A stretch of DNA of 62,178 nucleotides, counting the filler, from Rhabdomonas costata (Eukaryota): NCBI GenBank assembly GCA_019059605.1. It is 25 parts of 25 records of this genome, joined end to end, with 100 filler letters (N's around TTAATTAATTAA, not from the genome) between each part and the next. Parts side by side here need not be neighbours in the genome. Positions count along the whole stretch, not along the records: positions 49,835 to 52,225 come from JAHMHO010003655.1; positions 52,326 to 54,713 come from JAHMHO010003656.1; positions 54,814 to 57,202 come from JAHMHO010003657.1; positions 57,303 to 59,689 come from JAHMHO010003658.1; positions 59,790 to 62,178 come from JAHMHO010003659.1; 20 more parts are not named here. One strand, written 5' to 3'. Every line of letters starts with the position of its first letter. Position 1 is the first letter of the stretch. The notes below the pieces were generated by a model that worked only from the letters and a program-made list of their open reading frames with translations, did not search any database and was not told the origin of the DNA. Of this stretch, positions 52,218 to 62,178 are shown one piece after another. The position numbers and the translations under genes are program-made.

Positions 52218-53324
52218 ACCAACCCNNNNNNNNNNNNNNNNNNNNNNNNNNNNNNNNNNNNNNNNNNNNTTAATTAATTAANNNNNNNNNNNNNNNNNNN
52301 NNNNNNNNNNNNNNNNNNNNNNNNNGTTGTGGTGGGAATGGGGATGAGAGAAAGAGAGGGGGGGATGCTCCTCTTGCCCCCGCTCCACTGTTTCCGACAC
52401 CAAATGCCTCTGACAGCAGGTGGATGCGGGGGGGAGGAGTTAAACGGTATACAGGTGTCATATAGGACGAGGGACCAACCAAGCCACGGGGACCCGGCCC
52501 ACCAGACACCAGACACTGGACACCAGTGTACCTGCGTAGGCTTGACGTGCATCGCCGCGTAGCATTGAAATCTTCACCCAGGCAACGTCCGCGCCACAGC
52601 CGCCGGCCCCAATATTATTTTGTTCTTCTTGTTGGCTCGTTCACGTGTGTGAGTGTGAGATTCGTTTTTCCGCTTTTTTTTTTCATCGCGCACGCATAAG
52701 CAAACGCGAACCGACAAACACTCCTCCTCCTGAGTCAAAGAAGAAAGCCCAGCAAAAAACTGAGTTCCCACCAGCAATAATGACCCACGACGATCGGAGA
52801 AGCAAAATATGGTTTTTCGATATTCCGCCCCATGACCGTATGACTCCGTTATGTCGTTATCGTACCTTATCTCCACCAAAAATGTATACCGTGCAGCGGC
52901 GTTATACCGTTGAAATCCCCCCGCCAAAAAAAAGTAGACCAGACCGGAATTGGAGCACCCTCTCATTATGGTCTTGAGCGTAACCTCACAAACTACGCTG
53001 GTGACAGAAAGTCATCTGGGAACTACCTAAAGCTGGTTTCTTGCCGAGAGGGACCCTGGGAGTCGAGAGCCTTGAGCAATCAGGGTTGAGGGAGCGAAGC
53101 CCTACCCACCCCCTCTGTGTGGATTGACCGACATGAACATGCAAAAGCACAGGACCCATAACGCTGTGTCTGGGTCGGGTCCCTGTTGCAAATCAGAACA
53201 CCGTGAAGCCTTGGAGTCTTGGAGTGTTGTTTTGGCTGGTATTGCGCTGTGTATTGACTCCGTGGTCTTATGCTGTGTTTCTGAATGGCTTGAAAAGGGG
53301 ATCGGCCTTTTCTCTTTCGTGCAG

Positions 53325-54664
53325 GTACCACCACCTCTCCGTGCTGCTTGTGTCCTGGTACGCCTATGCCATCGCCGCGCCCACCTCTGTGATCTTCGCC
53401 ACTGTGAACTACACTGTGCACGCGGTATGCGGGCTCTCGCTAACCTTTTTTTCTTCACGACAGAGCGAAGCCGGACATCAGGCGAGGGGTTACAACCCTG
53501 TTCCTGGGTTCACTCCCTCCGTAAATTTGCGAAGCTTTATCCCGGTGTTGGAATCGTTTTTTTTTTGCAGAATAACGGACGCAATGGGTGACGCAGCGAT
53601 GCTCAATGTTGAATGAAGTGCTGCAGCTCATCGGCGTTGTGCCCCTCTTCGTTTCGTTTTTATTTGGGCAACCGCTTCTCTCTTGTTTTTTCTCTCGCTA
53701 TGGGGACTTCCCTGATGCGATATGTGGTTCCATCTCTGCTGGCAATTTCTTGGGGTTGGTTTTTTTGAGCAGCCCGAATTTGCTATCATGGCTGTGCCTC
53801 TCAGGTGATGTACTTCTACTTTGGACTCAGCCAGTACACCAAGCAGCTTGGGTTCATGCGCCAACCCATCACCTCTCTGCAGCTGCTGCAGATGGTGCTG
53901 GGGGTGATCTTGGTGGGCCTTGCAGCGTACGCTCCCTCCCCCCCCCTCCTTTCCATTGTCGCCACTGCGCCAGAAAGAAGGCATAGAAGGCAAAGGAGGC
54001 AGGCAAAGCGCTTGCCACAGTGGGCATTCTTGCTGTGTTATACCTGCTGGTGTACTTTTGAGACGATGGTTCCGATGCCAAGCTACTGCATCGTCTGGAT
54101 GTTTGCGATGCCTCAGTGATGGTGGTGCCAGCAGTGCCAGTGCTCGCAAGTTTTTTGCGCTCCCTGCCCCATGTGGCTTCCCTGATGTTAGGTCACCCCC
54201 CCCCGAGGTTGAGTGCTGGCCCCGGAGCATTCACCTGATCTGGAGTGTGGTTCCCTGTGTCTTGCCGTGTGGTCGTCACGGAGCTGCTTCAATTCAGTCG
54301 AAAGAGGAGCCCACCGAACCACCCCAAGGGCTCGAAGTGCAAAGTGCTGGGCAATCGAGTGCAATTGTCCTACTGGCCCGAACCTCTTCCCTCCCTTTTA
54401 CTCACTGCGAACCTCACTGCCCTGCCTGCCCCTTAATGTGCGAGGATAAATGATCGAAGAAGATCACCCCCTCTGCTCAGATACTTCGACCTTGGCCAGA
54501 GCTCGTGCACCTCGGTGTACCGCCACTCCTACTACTACCACGCCACGGGCGGGATGTACCTCAGCTACTTGATCCTCTTCGCGAAGCTTTACTACGACAG
54601 CTACATCGCACGCAGAGGCAAGCAGCTCCGGGGCGCAACCGCCACCAAGCCGAAGCCAGAGTAA
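53325..54664 (+). CDS. fatty-acid elongase (ELO/GNS1-SUR4 family), 3' part; exons 53325-53424, 53805-53926, 54481-54664
   Basis: Motifs (W)YHH, NYTVHAVMYFYF, ITSLQLLQM and MYLSYLILFAKLY, with a Lys-containing tail and a TAA stop. Confidence 0.95.
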
Positions 54665-55370
54665 AGCTACGCGGGGTAAAGGGTGGTGGGGTGGAGGGGT
54701 GGCCACCCCCCCCNNNNNNNNNNNNNNNNNNNNNNNNNNNNNNNNNNNNNNNNNNNNTTAATTAATTAANNNNNNNNNNNNNNNNNNNNNNNNNNNNNNN
54801 NNNNNNNNNNNNNGTGTTGGTGTGTTTGGGGGGTTGGGTTGGCGACTTATTTCCAGGGAGCGTGGAAGAAAACCTTCCGCCTGCAAGGTAGGAGGGACCC
54901 TTCGAAACAAACCAGCACGCTTGTATGAAAAAATCGATCCTGAAAGTTCGAGGTACCTTGCATTTCAACAAGATTGTACAAATACGTTCCGGCTCACCAC
55001 TGAAGCTCGGGTTAGCCCATGAAGAGCGTGTGCTCTTCTTCTTGTTCCTAAATATCAATCAAAAAAAAGACTTTCACCCACCTTGCTCCAGACTCTGTTT
55101 ATGCGTTCACCACCAGCAATGCTACAGACTCCCTTGTAAGACAGATAGAATCTTTGGCTGCTGCCGCTAAGTCACTGCTAAAGTATCATGACGTCCAACG
55201 CCAGGCATACAGTACCACGGGGTCTCTCGTAAAAACGTCAACCCAACCTGCACGAGAATACGAACAAGCACATGGTGGCTGTCTGCCAGCTGCGGTGACA
55301 GGACAACCAAGCGGGTGCACCATGGGCACGCTCTTTCTGGATATGCGTAGGGGAACTTCAAGGGGCAGTT

Positions 55371-56630
55371 TTAGAGCACCAAGGGAACCCACTCCTCCTC
55401 TCCACCGTCCGTGCCAAAGTCCGCGTCCCTCTCGGAATTCCCTGCTGCAACAGCAGCGGCATTGGGCCCGGGCGCTTCCTCCTCGCGGGCTCGTGGGCGG
55501 CGAGGAGAGGAGCTGCTCGAGCTGTCCTGGCTGTCCCGATCTTCCCCGCTGCCTTTGCGCTCAGAATGGCCGCGTCGGTGGCGAGGAAGGGGGAAGGCCC
55601 ACGTGCCATCCGGGCGAAGCTCGACATGGTCACGGCCACTCCCTGCGGGGTCTTCCAGAATGGCCTCAAAGAACCTGAGGACGGCAAAGAGTCAAACGCA
55701 CACCACCCATGACACTTCTTGGAAAGTTTTCAACGGCTCAACTGCACCCACAACAAACGTCCAAGCAGATCAGATCACCCCAGCAAAAACCGATGCCAGC
55801 TGCACTCCACGTGAGCGTAACGAGCGCGCGCACACACACATACTGAGTTGGGTGTAAAGGGTACACACACAAACGACATAATATGCAACTTCGCATACAT
55901 GAAGGAACAAGGCTTCTGCAAAGGAATAGGGCAGAAGGGGGGTGAGGATGGGAAAAGACTGGTAGAAGCGAGTGCAAGAACTGAAGACGAGGACCCCAGC
56001 CGAGAGTCAAGCGTAATCCTTTCTATGAGATGGGCACGGAGGATGAAGGATGGGGCCACCACCTATTCAGACGCAGGTCCGCCGTAACGATGCCTGCGCG
56101 GCAGATGGGGCACTTCCACTCAGCCTCCGGGAGGTACTCTCCAAGGTGCAGCCTCAGGAAGGTCACCTGTCACCGCGAGTGGTAGCGAGCGACATACAGT
56201 CGCAAAACGCCCGAAAACGACGCTTTGCATGGGGGTATCGAGACGCAGCCCACACACAAAGACGTAATTTAAAATTACCGCGGTGCACGCAACTCTTTTG
56301 TTTTTATTTTCTCCACGGCATCAGAACCCAACTACACCATCCGTTCCTTCAACATGGTAAGTGATCAACTTTCCGTCGTTTCACGTCGCCCACAATCCCT
56401 AAAAATAAACCGTGGAAGGGTTCTCCAACCCCACTCATACTCTCATCATCACCAATTTCCAGGCGGGTAATGGGAGTGACGCCTACCAGGTCGAAGCACT
56501 GCAGGTGGGCGCAGCGCAGGCCTCGCGCCGGGGTGGCCAGCCTGCGCAGGGAAATCGGGCACAGCAGAGACACCCGTACGCCTTGCACCTCAGCCTCCAC
56601 CTCACTGCTGTCCTCCTCCCCGTCACCCCC
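55371..56630 (-). CDS. SP-RING (MIZ zinc finger) Siz/PIAS-type SUMO E3 ligase, 3' part; exons 56630-56487, 56166-56063, 55674-55371
   Basis: [61 protein letters not shown]. Confidence 0.93.
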
Positions 56631-58206
56631 CTGTGACGCAAGCGCGGTGAGGACGGGTGAGAGCCGTGGCCGTGACAGAAAACTCAAGGGTGTTCACCAA
56701 TCTGCTAACATACTCAGTTTCCTCTTTATGTAGAACACACACGCCATGACGGATGACAAATTGATGCGTTCGCGCTGTGGTTGTCCCTCACCATCTGAGC
56801 TCGTGACCCGTCCCCACACGCGGTGCTTGCAGGCTGATGTGACCCGCCCGTTTATTGATAGACACAGGTTGCTCGCTCCTAGAGGCCTTTGCAACGAGGA
56901 ACACAGTGGGTGCCCCGCTCTCCAAACTTGTGATGTCCTCAATATCCGGAAGCCCCCCCCGGGGGGGGTCTTCAAAGTGGTCTTTCGCGATGAAATGCTG
57001 ATGCTTGATGTAAGCTGAAAATGTCACTCCACATCGCGCTGCATTAGCACAAGGAGAAGCAGGAAGGGAAAAGTCGAAAAGCCGAAGCAATTCCGCCATA
57101 GTGGACGGCTACGCCAACGACGCTGGCCACGGCGACGCACGACCAACCCTTTCTCCGTCACACAAACAAAACTAGTAACTCGCTATGCACAGAACCCCAC
57201 AANNNNNNNNNNNNNNNNNNNNNNNNNNNNNNNNNNNNNNNNNNNNTTAATTAATTAANNNNNNNNNNNNNNNNNNNNNNNNNNNNNNNNNNNNNNNNNN
57301 NNGTTGGGGTTGTGAGGCGTGTGCAAAACCCTGCTTTTTGTTTTTCTTCTGAGTGCGGATGATTCCTCCCGGGATGGACTGCGACTGTGCATCGGGGCAA
57401 CAGAATCCTCCGTACCTCCGTGCTTGATTTCGTTGCTTTGTTTTAACCTTGCATGTAGCCTGGGGTGAACGGCACTCACAGCGGACCATGGCGAAGTCAG
57501 CCCCAACCAGAGATTACAAAAACCTGGCCATGGGGTTGCAGGAGGGCAGGATGGCGAGAGGGAGGCAGAACGGTAGGGAGGCACCCAGGGATCGGATCCA
57601 TTGTAGGCCTGCTGGCATGTCTTTAGTTCATCCCGGGCTTGAAGGGATGTTTCAGAAACATCAATCCTTTCTTGTAGCACAGTGCATTGGGTCCGATAAA
57701 TTTGTTTGTCTCTTGGTCCGAATTATCGTGTATCTGGTAACCTCTACATCATCTGAAGCTGGAGGAATGCCTGCGATGCTGGTTAGCAACTGCTGCGCTG
57801 CGGCTTATTATCACCGTTTCACTCATAGTATGTCGGGAAAAGGTTTTTTGGATGGTTCGATGACCGTACTTAATTGTCCTTCGCGGAGAATGTGGTGCCC
57901 ATTTCCTGTGTGAGGTTCCCGTCATGGAAACCTTTTGTCAAGAGCCAAAGGCACTGCATGAGGGGAATGCCACTCATTGGGTCCTCCTTTGTTGACATTT
58001 GTGCTGAAGTTTTTACTCACAGGCTTTTTTGTCTCTCTTTCTTCCCGTATTCCTCACTATTCCCCATTGACCCTTTTTATTGGCATTCATTCATTTATTT
58101 TGCATTTTGTCGGCCGTCCCTGAGCCTCCTGTTCTGCTTTTGGAGACTGTTTTCATCGCCTTTTGCTTCTTTTGCATATTACCATCGTCCCGCACTCCCC
58201 TTGAAG

Positions 58207-58533
58207 CTGCGTAGCAAAGTAGTTGGTGGCAAGTGCGAGCTTGGCTGGAATCTGGGCGGCTCGGGGAGTTTCAGCAAGGTCAAAAGGGCGACCAACATGC
58301 AAACCGGGCAGCAAGTCGCGGTGAAGATAATCGGTAGGAGACTTTCCATTTTTATTGTTGATCAGGGAAAAGACCAATGGTTTGAAATGGGCTTGCAGTG
58401 GCTGCGGTTCGAGCCGAGCCTCAAATTGGTTCCCACCAACACTGACCGCGAGAACTTGAAATCATACCTGCACAGAAGCAATGGAGCGACAAGTGCTCGG
58501 AGCTTCCAAGAAAGTCGAATTCTCATTCTGGAG
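58207..58533 (+). pseudogene. decayed CAMK-group (SNF1/CIPK-like) kinase N-lobe fragment
   Basis: VGGKCELGWNLGGSGSFSKVKRATNMQTGQQVAVKII then a GT donor. The downstream remnant reads MERQV..ASKK..ILILE only with a frameshift or deletion, and no catalytic loop follows. Confidence 0.55.
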
Positions 58534-58982
58534 TCAAAAAGCAAGTCCAGCTTAGCCTCTTCTCGGACCACAATTTGCTAGGTGTGGGTGTCGCATCTGT
58601 CCCGCTCAAGAACGCAATATAATTGACAACAAGCACAACAAACAGGGGGATTAGCGTGTGCGACGCAAATGCATTTCTGTGGGTGATATGAAGGTGTGTG
58701 GGAGCACCTACAACTTCAAAATTCGCTTTGGACATTTTATTTCCGAACCGTGTACTTTGTCGTAGCAGTGCCAAAACACGGGATGCGGGGGGTGAAATTT
58801 TTGACCGATGTTTTGTTTTGCAATGATGTCATGCAACGCGTGGTAGAATGCAGGCTGTGTTTCCGAACTTTGCGGACTTTGGATTCCTTTGATTCTGGCC
58901 AAATTATCATGCAAAATGGCGTGGTATTGAGGCAGTAGATTGACAACATCGAGTTTTTTGGGTATATTTTAATGATATTGTA

Positions 58983-59689
58983 CGTTACACCGTAAACTCA
59001 GAACAGCCAACGCAAGCATGAAATAGCATCGCACACACTCAACAACAATGACAAGAATCAAAGTCTTCACTTGACACGCCCTCCCTTGTTCCTGATGCAC
59101 TGGATCGAAAACTGCTCACCAGCTCACTTTGCGGATACTCATCCCACACTTTTCTAATGTGCGTGTTGAGTTGGTCGACATCGATTGGTCCGCAGTCGTT
59201 AACCCTGCGGGCGAGTATCTCTCAGAGGTTTTTTAAAGGGTTCAGGTCAGAATTTGGAGGCCAGCCCTTCATCACGGGGACCTTTTTCCTTTATAAAAAG
59301 GACTCAACAGCGCTGGCCATATGTGCCTTTGCTCCATCCTGAACCAGAATTTTGGTTTTCAGAAGAGCCAGATGGGGGCTTTAACACTCCTTTTCATAAA
59401 CCTCAGCATTCACCATGGTAGCCGGAAGAAAGAAAAGCATCTTGACACCGACCCTAATCATCTCCCAAAAGTGGACTTGTGGTATTCCAACGATCTCTTC
59501 CTAATGGCTCTACAACCTCACCAGGCATCACCCACTCCCACATGCAGCCGTGGTCATTCCAGTCAAAATACTTCTTATCCGTGAAAAGTAGCTTTTCACA
59601 GTGCAAATAAATAAGTATGAAACCCTTCTTGGGCGAGTAAGTATGAACCTTTCTGCAAAACCGACGTCTTTTCTCGCAATCACCCCCGC
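58983..59689 (-). mobile_element. decayed Tc1-like DDE transposon: TIR 58983-59003 and transposase pseudogene ~59689-59067
   Basis: The minus strand reads LLFTDKKYF..KVHFW..VQDGAKAH..SFL*..WPPNS-DLNPLKNL*..RKVWDEYP..CIRNKGG with stops and frameshifts. These are the classic Tc1 motifs FSDE, QDNA..H and WPxxSPDLNPIENLW. TA precedes the TIR. Confidence 0.92.
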
Positions 59690-60149
59690 NNNNNNNNNNN
59701 NNNNNNNNNNNNNNNNNNNNNNNNNNNNNNNNNTTAATTAATTAANNNNNNNNNNNNNNNNNNNNNNNNNNNNNNNNNNNNNNNNNNNNGGGTTTTGTGT
59801 CCCATCCAAATCTTTGCAACTCCACCGGCAGATGCACACCTCTTTTTCCCTTACGGAGTACAAAAGTTTGTGGTTGCAGAAAGGCTGAAATGATTGGTAG
59901 GGTATTATCTCTTTCCTTTTCCTCACGCTCATGACTGGCATTCATTGCTGTCTGGGCCTGTGTGTGTATTGGCTTTCTTTCAAAGGATACTCGTCACACT
60001 CCGCTGCATTGGTTGTGGGGAAAGGTGTTGCGAAGGAAGCAATATTTTTATTTTGGGAGGCGGCTGTCCCGTTTTCCTTGCGGAGAGCAGTCATCACGCC
60101 AGTTCTTTTATGCTGCGTGCACACGTTTTCTCTCACCCACTTGCGGATG

Positions 60150-60197
60150 CCCGCCAGCACGCAGTGAGGGACCCCCGCCAGCACGCAGTGAGGGTCC
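60150..60197. repeat. 24-bp tandem duplication CCCGCCAGCACGCAGTGAGGG(A/T)CC
   Basis: Seen directly. Confidence 0.9.
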
Positions 60198-60720
60198 CAA
60201 TCATTTGTATGTTGAGGTGCAACTGTTTTGCACTGCCAGGCAGATTGGATGGAGACGTGTGGCTTCTTCTTCAGTTCTTCAGGTGTAGCCGCAAGCTGGT
60301 GCACGAGATTCCATTTCTCCAATTTTTCGAAGGAGGTTTTAAAAAGAATTTTTTTCGGATTTTTTCGCCATTTTTTTCTTGAAAGAAGTCGATTTACGTG
60401 TTTTCTTTTGTATTTTGAAAAAGTCGATTTTTTGAAATTTCGGGAAATCTTTCGGTAAAAATCGAAGTTTTTTCTGAAACAGTGGATATTTCTGGAAAAT
60501 GGATTCTTCGAGTTTTTGGTAAAAATCGGTTTTGGCAAAGAGTTAGTCAACACCTCCCTTGCCCAGCTCTGCTCCCCTTAGGTTATTGTACTCATCGTAG
60601 ACTCTAGCCGTATCACGACCACCCGATTCGTGCTCCCCAAAGGTTGAAACGTGAAAAGTGTCACGCTGGAGTTTGCCGGCCGAGTTTTTCTTTTTGGAGA
60701 GGGCATGTTCAAGTTAGGTA

Positions 60721-60741
60721 CGTTGCACCGTAGACTCAGAA
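60721..60741 (+). mobile_element. third copy of the Tc1-family TIR (CGTTGCACCGTAGACTCAGAA) preceded by TA; far end possibly degenerate at ~61316-61330
   Basis: 19/21 identity to the TIR at 51346 and 58983. Confidence 0.75.
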
Positions 60742-61444
60742 CTACAGTATCCAGTGTTTTTCATGGGCTTTATGCGTTACCATCGCAAACATCACCCCCG
60801 TGACGCAGCGCATCCCAATCTGGCGTCTGCCACCACACAACATGACTGTGTTTTTAGAAAAAAAATTCTCCCGCCTTTTCTCCCTTCCTATTGCGGTGGT
60901 TGCGGTTCCAGCCTTCGTCTCCGAAGACACCCACGGTAGGGAAGGACCATATGGTCCATCGTTCCACATTAGTGGTGATGGCAGCCGAGACCCTGGCCGC
61001 AGGGAGCGCAAGGGGGTGCGAGCTGGGCGAGTTCGTTTTCTCAAATGGCTACACACGTCCAAGAGAGAGAGAGTTCTGGAGACCGAGTACGCCACGTGAT
61101 ATTACCTCCCGTGGACGGGGCTTTCCCTGGGAAACATCCTGCTGATGGGTCAACTCCCCACGTTTTATGTGTGGTGCTGCCGTCTGTGTCAGATACAACT
61201 CTGACGTCAGTCCGGAGACGTGAGGGCCCCTTCGACATCAATTTTAGTTGAGGCAACCACATTTGGTTGGTCATGAAAGACCTCTGCAAGACCGTGCTTC
61301 ATGATTCCGGTGTTAGTGCAACGTGCAACGTGGTGACCGAGGGGACAACTTACCGGAACACCTGCATTTTAAAATTTTCCCCTTGATTTAATAGTTTGAC
61401 ATTTTTCTTCGGTTCTGAATTTTTTCAACTTTTCACCCCACAAA

Positions 61445-61984
61445 ATGTCAGCTCCAACAGAAAGGACCCCCTTGATCAGCAACAAGACTTACGACGCCGG
61501 ATGCCTAGCCTGTGCTTGTCTTGACAAGAGGGAAGCCGCAGCCGCGCCTCAGAAAGAGAAGCGAATCATTGTTCCTTCGAAAATGGAGCCGAAGACGCTA
61601 CTTGCCAATGAGCGTACTTTTTTGCACTGGCTTAGCGTGAGTGTCCTCCTAGGGATGCTGGCGCTGACTGTTCTCAGGATCCCGACTTCTCAGGGTATGC
61701 CGATGTCTTCTTTGTGAGGAAGCCCCACAACTATTTTCTGGAGACTCAGTTTCGTATTTGTTGTTCTCACAGGGCCGTTGTTCAGTTTTCTTGGATACTC
61801 CCTCCTCCTTCTTTGTCTGGGTTTTATGGGATACGCGCTCGCTGTCTTCCACAATCGTGCTCTGAAGATCGTCAGTGGAGAGAGGGTCCGCTTTGATGAC
61901 AACAAGGGCCCCGTGGTGCTTGCCATTGTGATGATCCTAGCGTTTGTGTTCACCGGTGTTGCCCAGATGGGCTACACAATGTAG
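61445..61984 (+). CDS. VTC1: vacuolar transporter chaperone VTC1-like (DUF202) protein, complete, 153 aa; exons 61445-61694, 61773-61984
   Basis: PSKMEPKTLLANERTFLHWL, three TM helices and RFDDNKGP. One GT-AG intron. Confidence 0.92.
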
Positions 61985-62178
61985 ACACGCCGGAGCCCGT
62001 GGTACAATCAAAGACTCGGTGGCGAGCCCTGAGCTTGTTTTCTTACCTCCGTTCTTTGGAAAAGTCTTGCTTTTGTCTGCAACCCTCCGAAAGGATGTTC
62101 CGCTTCTGTTGCTTCAATTGTATTTTCCACCTTTTGAAAATGGATGGAAGGCGCCTTGTTGGCGTGTGACAAACCAAC

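Overview
The window is not one locus. It is about 25 unrelated contigs of ~2.39 kb, joined by artificial 100-nt spacers (44 N + TTAATTAATTAA + 44 N). Many contig ends carry G/T-only (5') or C/A-only (3') tails that look like whole-genome-amplification primer remnants. The DNA comes from an intron-rich flagellated eukaryote, probably a euglenozoan such as a euglenid (inference from splice-site usage and the RFC sequence). The supplied ORF track is mostly uninformative because real genes are split into short exons. Hand splicing recovers these genes: an LRR protein, an IKS1-like kinase, a dynein LC4-like EF-hand protein, an Agenet/Tudor protein, a complete PP2A catalytic subunit, a receptor-type adenylate cyclase, an AAAP transporter, a SPIDR-like protein, a DHHC palmitoyltransferase, POLE, an RRM protein, STELLO/DUF288, a WD40 protein, an RFC small subunit, ThrRS, an ELO elongase, an SP-RING SUMO ligase and VTC1. 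The most notable observations are: (i) a Tc1/mariner family seen on three contigs, including a decayed transposase and a 328-bp MITE, all inserted at G-TA; (ii) a GTNYGY donor consensus, two GCATGT GC-AG introns and weak acceptors; (iii) a 261-nt imperfect hairpin; (iv) a phased T-tract segment. No clearly novel multi-gene system can be established from contigs this short.
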